Shown here: in pieces, positions 1 through 9,620 of the stretch | Layout: every line of letters starts with the position of its first letter | How positions within the stretch are numbered: the stretch's first letter is position 1 | Source: a bacterium | Lineage (GTDB): Bacteria; Zhuqueibacterota; Zhuqueibacteria; Oceanimicrobiales; Oceanimicrobiaceae | DNA: 64,000 nt | NCBI GenBank assembly: GCA_046757165.1 | Contig: JBHHXT010000004.1 | Span: 13,248-77,247, forward strand | Direction: 5' to 3' | The notes under the pieces: model-generated | Told to the model about the DNA's origin: nothing | What the model saw: the letters and a program-made list of their open reading frames with translations, nothing else | Database searches by the model: none | Made by a program: the position numbers and the translations under genes

Positions 1-806
1 ACGAGGTTGATTTTGTCCAGCACCATATTGCGGACATTCGGCTCCGACGCCAATTGAAACTCGAGCAAAGCGGTGGTGCCAATGATCTTCTTGGCGCGCC
101 CGACATCCTGGATACCGGCGAGCTCAATGACGATTCTGCGCGCCCCTCTTTTGGTGATCGAGGGCTCGGATACGCCAAACTGGTCGATGCGGTTCCTCAG
201 AACCTCCAGCGTGCGCTCCACGGCGTCCTCGGCATTATCCTCTAACTGGCTGATGATCTCGGTATCAGAGTCCCCCCTTTTACCAAAGTAGCGGCTGAGC
301 CGCATGCCCTTCTCTTGAAAAACAACAGGAAGCGCCTCGAAAAAATCTTCGTTTTCACGATTGACGCGCTGTTTGATTTTGCGCAGCGCATCTTCGAAAT
401 CTGCGTCTCTTTCTTTGGTGACGTTTTCGAGAAGCTTGGGCATATCTACTTCGTAAACCAAATAGGTGCCCCCCTGCAGGTCGAGGCCCAACTTGATCGA
501 TTTTGGCTCATTCTCGACGATCTTTTCATCCAACTCGATAAGCTTCCTGACGTCGACCATCAGTTCTTCGACGTCTTTGCCATCCGTGCCTTTGAAGTTA
601 TTGAGCACCAATAGCTCCAGGTTGCCGCTCGAGAGCGCCGCCTTGATGTCATTGGTCGTCAGTGAGGTATTCGATTCGATTTCGGAGTAGTATTTTTGGG
701 CTTTGTCCGTTTGTCTCTCAAGCTGAAATGTCGGGAAGAGCACTATGCTGGACCATGCGACGGCCAACAAGACGATCATGGTTCTCAAAAGATTGTTTCT
801 GCGCAT
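1..806 (-). CDS. secD: Protein translocase subunit SecD (N-terminal part; runs off window start)
   Basis: Manual translation: MRRNNLLRTMIVLLAVAW (TM), IKLGLDLQGGTYLVYEVD, LRNRIDQFGVSEPSI, TTALLEF; GGAGG upstream. Missing from the ORF track because it has no stop in the window. Confidence 0.95.
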   Translation of the reverse strand, partial: MRRNNLLRTMIVLLAVAWSSIVLFPTFQLERQTDKAQKYYSEIESNTSLTTNDIKAALSSGNLELLVLNNFKGTDGKDVEELMVDVRKLIELDEKIVENEPKSIKLGLDLQGGTYLVYEVDMPKLLENVTKERDADFEDALRKIKQRVNRENEDFFEALPVVFQEKGMRLSRYFGKRGDSDTEIISQLEDNAEDAVERTLEVLRNRIDQFGVSEPSITKRGARRIVIELAGIQDVGRAKKIIGTTALLEFQLASEPNVRNMVLDKINL

Positions 807-841
807 TTCGCCATTAACCTCCCGGATAAAATTCAGAGCGC

Positions 842-870
842 AATCTACTATTTACTTTCAAAAAAGTCAA
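842..870 (-). promoter_or_regulatory. Sigma70-like promoter for secD
   Basis: TTGACT-17bp-TAGATT on minus strand. Confidence 0.55.
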
Positions 871-953
871 GGAGTCGACTTGGTTATTCAAGAGCGCTAC
901 ATGGAATACGCGGATATGACAGCGTGAAGCCTGGCCTGGGTTGCCCCTACGGA

Positions 954-1115
954 CTACGAATGTCGGCTTGAATGGCAATCCGGTTCAGATTCTTGCTGAA
1001 GCCTTTTGACGACCTCTTTCGCGACTTTCCTGAGCAAGTCAGGATTCGCGCGAGGTCCCAATACGCGCATGGCCTCCTCGATAATTTGCCGAATTTTTTC
1101 TTCGGTAACTGGCAA
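954..1115 (-). CDS. Small hypothetical helical protein (~53 aa)
   Basis: TTG start after AAGAGAG; amphipathic helix-turn-helix pattern EEKIRQIIEEAMRVLGPRANPDLLRKVAKEVVKRL; start uncertain. Confidence 0.5.
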   Translation of the reverse strand: MPVTEEKIRQIIEEAMRVLGPRANPDLLRKVAKEVVKRLQQESEPDCHSSRHS

Positions 1116-1192
1116 GATCTCTCTTATCAACAAACACGGAATATAACCTATTCTGGGATGATTTGCAAGTACAAATTTGAAGCGAAAAAATA

Positions 1193-1221
1193 TTGACAGC
1201 ATGTTTTCAATTCGCTATATT
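1193..1221 (+). promoter_or_regulatory. Sigma70-like promoter for TPR-CHAT gene
   Basis: TTGACA-17bp-TATATT. Confidence 0.6.
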
Positions 1222-1300
1222 ACACCCTTGCGTGGGCGTCCGACATCGAGGGGTTTCCGCATCCGGGTGATGTAATCTCGCAGTCGAGTTAAGAAAGCGA

Positions 1301-4300
1301 ATGAAAAAATCGAGTATTCTTGCGAACCTGATCTATATAGCAACTTGTGTTTCTTTTGCCATTGGCCAAACCGGCCCCGCCTCAGATGCCAGATCCAATT
1401 TTGAGTTAGCGCTCAAAGCTGCCAGAGATCTTGATTATCTGCAGGCGATTGAGCATCTGCAGCAGGCTGTTGCGAGGGATTCCACGTTCATCGAAGCCTA
1501 CCTCACCCTCGCAGACGTTTTCAACTATTCAAATTCGCTGGCAGAGGGCAAAGCTTACTTCCAGCAGGCGATCGACCAGCATCCGGAACACCCTGGCCCT
1601 TATGTGGCTTTGGCCAGGCTGAGCTTGCATTCTGGCGACCGGGAGCAGGCGTTTGAGTTTAGCCGGCGCGCATTCAAGCAGGGCTCGCTTTCTAAGGAGA
1701 CGCTGTGGCTACTCGTCGAATCCGCCCTGGTACTCAAAAAAACGAGGGCACTTGCCGCCACCCTGAGAAAATTCCGAAAAAGCCCGTCACAAAAACATCT
1801 CTACGAGCTCGGCTACGCCTTGTGGCGGCTTAGAATAAACAAGTTCAAAAAGGCCAAGGCGACGATCCTCCGCTACCTGGAGCAGCAGAGCCAGGACCCT
1901 TACGGGCACAAGCTTTTGGGAGACATTTCACGCAACCTGGATGAATTTGCCTCTTCAAACAGGGCCTATCGCAAAGCCCTTACCCTGATTGCGCCCTCGG
2001 CGAAAAACTTTCAGGCGACCCTATACTCAAACCTGGGGGCTAACTTTTTCGAGATCAACCAACCCGATTCAGGCTCTTTTTATTTTGAACAAGCATTAAG
2101 AGTTGCTGATGAGATAGGCGCACGACAAAAGCAGGTGGAGACCCGCCTGGCACTGAGCGCTTATTACGCGCAGCGGCGTGAGCTGCGCGCCTTTATCCGA
2201 GTTTGTAAAGAAGGCGTCCACCTGCTGGCCGGTTCGAACTTCGATGCTGACCTGCTCGCATTCTATTTGAATTTGGCCGATGTCTATGATACTTTGAAAG
2301 CCCGCGCTCGTGCCTTGACCTACTACAAATTGGCCCATGAGCAGGCCGTTGCACTCGAGGATCGCGCCCAGCAGGCGGGCATCAATCTTGCCATCGGCCA
2401 ACAGTATGCGGCATTGCGGCAGTTCGGGCCGGCAATTTCCTATTTAGAAACGAGTTACGGCCAGGCTCAGGATATTCACGACGAAGGGCTGGCGCACCGG
2501 GCACTGCTGGCCATGGCCGAGGTCTACGATTTCAAGGGGGATGTTGAGCAGGCAAAAAAAGCCTACGAAACAGTGCTCAGGTTTGCGCAGCACAAGCAGG
2601 AAAACCACCTGACCGAGAGATGTTTGCTCAAACTCGCCAATATGTACCTCACCCAGTCACAGGATTTTGGCAGCGCGACATACTATTTGACCCGGGCCGA
2701 CGCCCTGGCGCGCCAAACCTTTCAGCTCCAGTTCGCAGCGAATCATCGCTGGATGCAGGGCAATATAGCGCTGGCTGAGAACAAGATCGAGGTGGCTGAG
2801 ACGTCTTTTCTACAGGCCATTCAACTCGGCAGAGAGACGGGCTCCTACCTGTCCTTTCTCGCCGGCCAGGCTGGCCTGATCAAAACCTATCTACAAACTG
2901 ATTTTGCCGACCTCGCCGCCGCTCATGCAGATACGGCGCTCAACTATCTGGACGAATTCTATTCTCTCTGCATCTCCGAGTTTACGTTCGAATTCTTCGA
3001 CCTGAAGAACGACCTGATCGTTCCGGCGATCAACGCCTATGCTTCCGTAGGCCACCTGGCGCGGTTATTTGAGACCACGGAAACCTACAAAGCCGTCACG
3101 CATCAGATCAATACCAACGAGGTCGTCCTCTTGACCAACGATGTCCGGATCGATTCCATAAAAGATGTCACCGAAACCACACGCAGGACGATTGAGAACA
3201 AGTGGCGGATGCTCTGGGACGAGTGGAAGCAAGACCAACGGGACGACCTGGAGCTCGTGATGCGGACAAAACATGAGATCAAGGAGCTTCATAGACGGCA
3301 GCAGGCATTTCTGGCCCGGGTCATGAGAGAGTATCCGGAACTCTACGATCTGTTCAAACCCCCCGTTAAGACTCTGTCAGAGACTCAGGCGGCTTTGGCC
3401 TCCCTGAACGGAACTCTGCTGCATTACCTGGTGAGCGAGCAAGCTACTTTTATTGTGGTCGTGCGGCCAGCAGGCGTTTATTGCAAACGGGTCAATATCA
3501 ATCGCTCTTCGCTCGAGACTTACGTGCGAGAGGTCAATCCGATGTTCCGCAAGACTGTTGAGCGTTACGACGATATCAACGATGCCGAGCTGACCGAGTT
3601 TGGCCTGGACAGAGCGGCACACCTGTACAAGCTACTGGTCGAGCCCGTACGGCCCTGGCTGCCAGAGGGAGGCACGTTGATTATTTCCGCCGATGACGCT
3701 TTGAATCGGTTACCGCTTGAAATCCTGGTAACCAACCCGGAGGACTTGATCGACAATCACGATTATGCGCAAGCCAGATACCTGGTGGAGGACTTTCCGA
3801 TTCTCTACGTCCCGTTTTCAACCTTTCTAAAGACCGAAGCAGGAGAACGTGCACGGGTGCCAGGAAAGTTGCTGGCGTTTGTCACGCCTTCTGGACCTAG
3901 CAAACAGGACGCTGCCAGCAACGACGCTGCGAATGGCCGCACACAAACCGCCGCAGAAAGTGAAGCTCCAGTCGAAATCAAGACAGTTGCCAGAGTCTTT
4001 AGCCGGAAACAGAGCAAGATACTGACTCACGAGCGTGCAACCAAGGCCAACTTCCTGACTGAAAGCCCGCACTATCAGATTCTCCATCTGTCGGTGCCGA
4101 CCGTCCTAAATGACGCCACGCCGTTGTATTCAAGAATGACCTTTTCAGACGAGAGTGAAAGCGACCTCGAGGTCTATGACCTGTTCACCTTGAAGCTGGG
4201 TGCAGAGCTCGCGGTCTTAAGCGGCTGCGAAAGGAAAATTGCCGGGCCGGGTAGCGGTGGCATGGCTCTGAATGGCATGCTGCACGGGTTCATGTTCGCG

Positions 4301-4633
4301 GGCGTTCCTAGCCTGCTGACCAGTTTCTGGCGTGTGCCGCCGCCGCAGGAAGCAAGGGTGCTTTCCGAGTTCTATGCCAACCTCAGATTGGGCCGCAACA
4401 AAGCCGAGGCGCTGCAGACGGCGAAACTCTCCTATCTGCGGAACGAAAACAGAAACCCCTATTTTTGGGCCGGGGTGGTGCTGTACGGTAACCCGGCGGC
4501 CATGCAGCTGAACTCAAACGCCACCTATCTTGTCGTCTACATGACCATTGTTGGCCTGCTCATGCTGGCGGTGGTTTTTGCGCGGCAAATGGTCAAAAGC
4601 GTGAAGAAACGGCGGGCAATGGCTCAATCATAA
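1301..4633 (+). CDS. TPR-repeat CHAT-domain protein with signal peptide and C-terminal TM anchor
   Basis: N-terminal hydrophobic signal, many TPR-like helices, CHAT motifs LIISADDALNRLPLEIL, AELAVLSGCE, SFWRV, PYFWAGVVLYG; hydrophobic C-terminal segment followed by KKRR. Confidence 0.9.
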   Translation: MKKSSILANLIYIATCVSFAIGQTGPASDARSNFELALKAARDLDYLQAIEHLQQAVARDSTFIEAYLTLADVFNYSNSLAEGKAYFQQAIDQHPEHPGPYVALARLSLHSGDREQAFEFSRRAFKQGSLSKETLWLLVESALVLKKTRALAATLRKFRKSPSQKHLYELGYALWRLRINKFKKAKATILRYLEQQSQDPYGHKLLGDISRNLDEFASSNRAYRKALTLIAPSAKNFQATLYSNLGANFFEINQPDSGSFYFEQALRVADEIGARQKQVETRLALSAYYAQRRELRAFIRVCKEGVHLLAGSNFDADLLAFYLNLADVYDTLKARARALTYYKLAHEQAVALEDRAQQAGINLAIGQQYAALRQFGPAISYLETSYGQAQDIHDEGLAHRALLAMAEVYDFKGDVEQAKKAYETVLRFAQHKQENHLTERCLLKLANMYLTQSQDFGSATYYLTRADALARQTFQLQFAANHRWMQGNIALAENKIEVAETSFLQAIQLGRETGSYLSFLAGQAGLIKTYLQTDFADLAAAHADTALNYLDEFYSLCISEFTFEFFDLKNDLIVPAINAYASVGHLARLFETTETYKAVTHQINTNEVVLLTNDVRIDSIKDVTETTRRTIENKWRMLWDEWKQDQRDDLELVMRTKHEIKELHRRQQAFLARVMREYPELYDLFKPPVKTLSETQAALASLNGTLLHYLVSEQATFIVVVRPAGVYCKRVNINRSSLETYVREVNPMFRKTVERYDDINDAELTEFGLDRAAHLYKLLVEPVRPWLPEGGTLIISADDALNRLPLEILVTNPEDLIDNHDYAQARYLVEDFPILYVPFSTFLKTEAGERARVPGKLLAFVTPSGPSKQDAASNDAANGRTQTAAESEAPVEIKTVARVFSRKQSKILTHERATKANFLTESPHYQILHLSVPTVLNDATPLYSRMTFSDESESDLEVYDLFTLKLGAELAVLSGCERKIAGPGSGGMALNGMLHGFMFAGVPSLLTSFWRVPPPQEARVLSEFYANLRLGRNKAEALQTAKLSYLRNENRNPYFWAGVVLYGNPAAMQLNSNATYLVVYMTIVGLLMLAVVFARQMVKSVKKRRAMAQS

Positions 4634-4918
4634 CGGAATCTGAACGCGCTCTGCTCTCAGCCTGCACGGCGCCGCCCCCAGGGCGCGAAGCTTCCTCCTG
4701 GGACTTATCGTGTCCCACCTGGCGGTCCTTATCGTACTTCGGCACGATTGTCAGGGCTGAACACCGGGGAAACAGACATTGTCAGCGCATGCCTCAATGG
4801 GGGCCAATTCGCCACTCGTGGCCGCCACCCCTCGTGGTTGGCTGTTATCTCCCCGCAGGATGATTCATATTGATGAATGCCCCACCGGCGAATCAATCGC
4901 GAGGATTTTGTGCCGGCA

Positions 4919-4955
4919 CATTTCATCCGATGGCTGCGAGTCATCGGATGAAATG
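4919..4955. terminator. Stem-loop between convergent genes
   Basis: CATTTCATCCGATGGC-tgcga-GTCATCGGATGAAATG, 16-bp stem with one G-T pair; no clear U-tract. Confidence 0.5.
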
Positions 4956-4971
4956 CACCCGTCACTCACGG

Positions 4972-6780
4972 TTATTTCAAGTACAAAAGCTTGCCTGAGT
5001 GTACGCTTTGCCTGTAAGTCAGCGAGTAGAGGTAGAAGCCGCTACTGACCTGCCGGCCGTTGCGGTCCAGGCCGTGCCAGCGCAACCGGTGTCGGCCAGC
5101 ACTGAGATTGGCTTCGTGCTGCAAGAAAATCTGCCGGCCCAGGAGGTTGGCAATCCTCAAGGTGACACCCCCCGCTTCCGGGAGAGAAAATTCGAGCGTG
5201 GTCGAGCCGTTGAACGGATTCGGGAAGTTGCCATGCAACTGAAACGTCTCCGGCACAGAGCTTGCACCGGACGCAATCTCCTTGACACCCGACACCTGGC
5301 CTTCCCTCAGCTGAATAAGCTGATTGACAGCCACATTTCGAAGTGTTTCCTCATCGCCATTGGGCCAGCGGACCGTCACTTCATCGGCCATCTCGGCCTC
5401 GCCCAAACCAAAATGCAGCGGCATGATGGACTGGCCCAGGAAATCAACGCCATCATTGGCGCGGGAGAATGTGCGGCCACCGGCGCGCACCCGAACCATG
5501 GCGCCAAAAGCGTTACGATTGGAAACCGTTCCGTGCAGCTCCACCTCGAGCCAGTTTTTCGTGACCGTCTGATTTTCATACAAATAGGGCGATTGCCACC
5601 AATTGGCGACCAGCAGATCCATGTCACCGTCGTTGTCGTAATCGAAGACCACCAACCCGCGTGCTTCGTATTCGCCGTCGCTGCCGGACTCGGCGGATTT
5701 ATCTTCAAACAGCGGACCTCCTTGATCCAGCAAATTGTCGAAAAAGTAGTTATTGCCCGGGTCAATCTTGAACCCGTTGACAACATACAGCTCCAGGTCG
5801 CCGTCATGGTCGCAATCAAAAAACTCCGCGCCCCAGGCCCAACCGGTGTCATCGACCCCCATCTGTCTGGCGAGATTGACAAACTGCCCCTCTCCATTGT
5901 TGGTAAACAAAGGGCACGGGACGATATCGGAGATGTTGGTCAAATAGATGTCAAAAAAGCCGTCGTTGTTATAATCGCCCAGGTCCACCCCCATGCCATG
6001 CCCCTCGTCCTCTAAACCGAATTCAGTTGTGGCGTCCACAAAAGTCTTGTCGCCCCGGTTGCGATAGAATCGATTCGCACCGAAGTCGTTGACCACGTAG
6101 AGATCCGGCAGCCCGTCATTGTCACCATCGAGTGGAATGGAGGTCCAGGTTTGGCCGGTGTCAGCCAGACCGGTCGCGAAGCTGACGTCCAGAAACGTGC
6201 CGTCGTTGAGATTCTCGTACATGATGTTCTCCCCAATCCAGGCGCTGACGTACAGGTCCAGATCCCCATCCAGGTCATAATCCCACCACACGGCGCTGCT
6301 GTTCGTATCGCGCTCGCGGCCGAACACACCGGCGTTTTCTGTTACGTTGGTAAACGTGCCGTCTCCGTTGTTGTGGTACAATTCATCCGGTCCCAGGTTG
6401 GTCAGGAAGAGATCCGGATAACCGTCGTTATCATAGTCTCCCCAGGCAGCGCCGAACTTGTAGCCCATGCCGCCATTGGTCTGCCCGGACAGCGTGCTCA
6501 GCACTCCTGCCTCGACCGTGACGTCAGCAAAGGTGCCATCCCCCTGGTTTTGGAAAAGCCGGTTCCAGGTGGTGTCATCGCCAGCATCATATTGCCCGGT
6601 GGCAACAAGATAGACATCCAGGTCGCCATCCAAATCATAGTCAGCGACCGCGACGCCGTTGGAATGATGCGCCAGGTCCAGGCCGGATTCAACGGTTTTC
6701 AAAACGAAAGATTGCGGAAAAGCGGGTGTTGTGGCGAGCAGGAGCCCAGCCACGGCAGAAACAGCCAATTTGAATTTCAT
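4972..6780 (-). CDS. Secreted FG-GAP/CRTAC1-like protein with ASPIC/UnbV domain and C-terminal FlgD-like (T9SS-CTD-like) domain
   Basis: Repeated DYDNDGxxDL motifs, LHFGLG ASPIC motif, NFPNPFN...SSGFYLY tail; RBS GAGGAGG before ATG 6780. Confidence 0.9.
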   Translation of the reverse strand: MKFKLAVSAVAGLLLATTPAFPQSFVLKTVESGLDLAHHSNGVAVADYDLDGDLDVYLVATGQYDAGDDTTWNRLFQNQGDGTFADVTVEAGVLSTLSGQTNGGMGYKFGAAWGDYDNDGYPDLFLTNLGPDELYHNNGDGTFTNVTENAGVFGRERDTNSSAVWWDYDLDGDLDLYVSAWIGENIMYENLNDGTFLDVSFATGLADTGQTWTSIPLDGDNDGLPDLYVVNDFGANRFYRNRGDKTFVDATTEFGLEDEGHGMGVDLGDYNNDGFFDIYLTNISDIVPCPLFTNNGEGQFVNLARQMGVDDTGWAWGAEFFDCDHDGDLELYVVNGFKIDPGNNYFFDNLLDQGGPLFEDKSAESGSDGEYEARGLVVFDYDNDGDMDLLVANWWQSPYLYENQTVTKNWLEVELHGTVSNRNAFGAMVRVRAGGRTFSRANDGVDFLGQSIMPLHFGLGEAEMADEVTVRWPNGDEETLRNVAVNQLIQLREGQVSGVKEIASGASSVPETFQLHGNFPNPFNGSTTLEFSLPEAGGVTLRIANLLGRQIFLQHEANLSAGRHRLRWHGLDRNGRQVSSGFYLYSLTYRQSVHSGKLLYLK

Positions 6781-6812
6781 ACCTATCCTCCTCAAGATAA
6801 ATAATTGAGGAA

Positions 6813-6841
6813 AATATAGAAAAGAATTGGCTGCTTGTCAA
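6813..6841 (-). promoter_or_regulatory. Sigma70-like promoter for CRTAC1-like gene
   Basis: TTGACA-17bp-TATATT on minus strand. Confidence 0.6.
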
Positions 6842-6869
6842 TGAAAAATGTTACGGTGGTGTAATCGGC

Positions 6870-9620
6870 CTATCGGGACAGGACAAGTTTTCTCACATCC
6901 GAGTGCGTGGCGGCTTGCAGCCGCACCAGATAGAGCCCGCCTTTCATTTCTCTGCCCCTGGTGTCTTTGCCATCCCAGGCAATGCGGTATTCACCTGCCG
7001 GTTGCAGCTCATCTACCAGGGTCCTGACCAGCGTGCCATCGCGTTCGTATATCCGGACAGAGACCGGGGCATGCTGAAAGAGCCGGTATCTCACGGTTGC
7101 ACCTGAGGAAAAAGGCGTTGCAATCTGGAGGCTCATCGCCTGCCACGCTGTTATTCGCTGCACCAGGTCGACGTTGCTCTCCACAAAAGACGCTTCGCGG
7201 CTCAGGTTGCGCCAGAAGAACAAGCCGCCACTGTTGTTGCCCACGAACAAGTCAGAATCACCATCGCGGTCGATGTCCGCCAGAGTCGGGACCGAGAAAG
7301 AACGCACATCGATGGCCAGGAACTTCACCTTTTGCAGCCGCCACTGCGGCGCTCTGCGCGACCCCGTGTTCTCGTACACGCTGACCGTGCCATCATTCAA
7401 GCCGACAAACAGATCCAGGTCGCCGTCGTGGTCGATGTCGGCAAACGCCGGGGCTGTGCGATACACCCGGCTCGTCCCGAGCACGTTGTCGCTCCCCTTC
7501 TTCCATGCCGGCTGCTGCCGGGACCCGGTGTTTTGATAGTAAGCCACACCGTTGACATCGGTGCCCACAAACAGGTCAGCATCCCCATCTGCATCCATAT
7601 CTGCAAAGGCCGGGAACGAGTGGCTGCCGCAGAACAACGAATCATAGAAGTCGCTCACCAGCTCGAACGCCGGATGATACTTGCTGCCCGTGTTGCGGAA
7701 GAATGACATTCTGCCAAGCTTCGAGCCGCTCAACAAGTCCAGGTCCTCATCGCCGTCGAGATCGGCAAACGCCGGGATACTCCAATTCTTGACCGTGACG
7801 CTGTCAAAATAGCCGCTCACCAGGTGCCAGTTGGGGTGCAGCGCTCCGCCGTCATTTCTGTAAAAATGAAAGCGACCGTCGTGCGCGCCGAGGACCAGGT
7901 CCAGGTCCTGGTCTGCGTCAATATCGACCAAAGCCGGGGCGCTTTGGAACCCCACATCGACCGTTTGGCCGAAAATGGCCTGCGGTGCAGAGTTGAAGGA
8001 CCGTTCCGATGGCGTGCCATTGTTTTCGAGAAACGCAACCTCCCCCTCTGCCTGCCCCAAAAATAAATCCAGGTCGCCATCGGCATCACTATCGAGGAAG
8101 GCAGGTGAGGTCACCGCCTTCACACCAACGTCGTCAAAGTTCTTGCTCGCCAGAGAAAATTTTGCCTTGCTGGCCGAACCATCGTTTTGATAAAAAAAGA
8201 TTGAATTCTCATGATTTCCGACAAACAGGTCGAGATCGTTGTCGCGGTCGATATCGACCCAGGCAGGAAAACCGATGGACCCCACATCGATTCCAAAGTA
8301 GTTCCTGGAAACCACCTTCCAGACCGGCGTGCCGGCGTCACCCACGTTGCGATAGACCGCCAGCTTGCCTTCAATATCGCCGACGGTCAAATCATCATCC
8401 CCGTCGCCGTCGACATCTGCAAAGGTCGGCGTTGCTGTAGACTGGACTTTGATGTTACGATTGTTGGCGGTCTTCAGAGGGCCGAGGTAGGACCAGACCG
8501 TGCGCCAGCCTGTGCCATCATTTCGGTAGAGGTGCAAATGACCGTTGAAGTCGCCCACGATCATATCGGCGTCGCCATCGCCATCGTAGTCTGTGAACGC
8601 CGGCGAGCTGTTTTCGCCTACATCGATGTTGGCATAGTTGCCGTCGAGCAAGCGGTATTTCGGGCGCGACGGCGTGCCCTCATTGCGGTAGAAGTTGAGA
8701 TTGCCATCGTACTCGCCAACAAACAGGTCCTGATCCCCGTCCTGATCGATGTCCACGAACGCAGGCCGGGCCAGCCCGATGCCGCCGATATAGGCATTGG
8801 GGTTGGGCTTGCCATCGATGGTGGCCACATGCTCCTGGAGCCAGGCCGTGCCGAACAGAAAGGTGATCCTGTCGAGAAATGCCGTTGCCTGTCCCCCAAA
8901 ACGATTTGCATGCAGAAAGGCGATCCATATTTGCGCGGCTCCTGCGCTCTTGACACCCGCGACATCGCCCAGGTCGTAATTGATAAACTGCCAGCCATTG
9001 GAGCCGCCGATGGCGCTGACGCCATGAAACTGTTCGCCGTCCACGGAAATCCCCCAAAACAGCACGCCTTCGTCCGGGCCGGCGTGCAGGGAAAAATAGA
9101 ACTGGAGTGTCGTCTCATCCAGGTCACGGGAGTCAAACGGTCCGGCGACAAGCCAGCTTACGGTCGGCGAGCTGTGGTCAGAAACCGTTTTGCCGCCTGC
9201 GGCCACTTCCCCACTTTTCAGACAATAGCTGCCGGAGAGGGCGTTTGCGCTCGTTTTCTCCCAGGTCGTCCCCCGGAGACCGGGCAACAGCTGCCAGAAG
9301 TGCACGGGAAAGGCGCGCTCAAAATCATCTCGAAAGAAAAAATGTTTGTTCCTGGATGGCCTCCTGGCGGCTAGATCTCTGAACTTCACGCCCGGAGCGA
9401 GCAGACGGTTTTCCCTTTGCTCAGAAAGACGGATTCGCGTTTCGAGAAAGCGCGAGCCGGCTGCCGCGCTCTTAAAGGCTCGGGCTGGCTTGCTCACTCT
9501 GATGCCTGCCTCTGTCAGCCACTCCCGGGTTTTCAGGCTCAGCTCCTGAGCAAGTGCAGTCTGTCCCGGCAGGACAAGAATGCCGAAGAAAATGATGGTC
9601 GTCAGGCGCTTACAAATCAT
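6870..9620 (-). CDS. Secreted FG-GAP repeat protein with C-terminal FlgD-like domain
   Basis: Signal peptide (ALA-Q), about ten PAFxDxDxDGDxDLFVG repeats, WDGKDTRG...GLYLVRL tail. Confidence 0.9.
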   Translation of the reverse strand: MICKRLTTIIFFGILVLPGQTALAQELSLKTREWLTEAGIRVSKPARAFKSAAAGSRFLETRIRLSEQRENRLLAPGVKFRDLAARRPSRNKHFFFRDDFERAFPVHFWQLLPGLRGTTWEKTSANALSGSYCLKSGEVAAGGKTVSDHSSPTVSWLVAGPFDSRDLDETTLQFYFSLHAGPDEGVLFWGISVDGEQFHGVSAIGGSNGWQFINYDLGDVAGVKSAGAAQIWIAFLHANRFGGQATAFLDRITFLFGTAWLQEHVATIDGKPNPNAYIGGIGLARPAFVDIDQDGDQDLFVGEYDGNLNFYRNEGTPSRPKYRLLDGNYANIDVGENSSPAFTDYDGDGDADMIVGDFNGHLHLYRNDGTGWRTVWSYLGPLKTANNRNIKVQSTATPTFADVDGDGDDDLTVGDIEGKLAVYRNVGDAGTPVWKVVSRNYFGIDVGSIGFPAWVDIDRDNDLDLFVGNHENSIFFYQNDGSASKAKFSLASKNFDDVGVKAVTSPAFLDSDADGDLDLFLGQAEGEVAFLENNGTPSERSFNSAPQAIFGQTVDVGFQSAPALVDIDADQDLDLVLGAHDGRFHFYRNDGGALHPNWHLVSGYFDSVTVKNWSIPAFADLDGDEDLDLLSGSKLGRMSFFRNTGSKYHPAFELVSDFYDSLFCGSHSFPAFADMDADGDADLFVGTDVNGVAYYQNTGSRQQPAWKKGSDNVLGTSRVYRTAPAFADIDHDGDLDLFVGLNDGTVSVYENTGSRRAPQWRLQKVKFLAIDVRSFSVPTLADIDRDGDSDLFVGNNSGGLFFWRNLSREASFVESNVDLVQRITAWQAMSLQIATPFSSGATVRYRLFQHAPVSVRIYERDGTLVRTLVDELQPAGEYRIAWDGKDTRGREMKGGLYLVRLQAATHSDVRKLVLSR

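Noticed and set aside
54..971. Plus-strand ORFs at the window start
   Set aside because: Explained by minus-strand secD.
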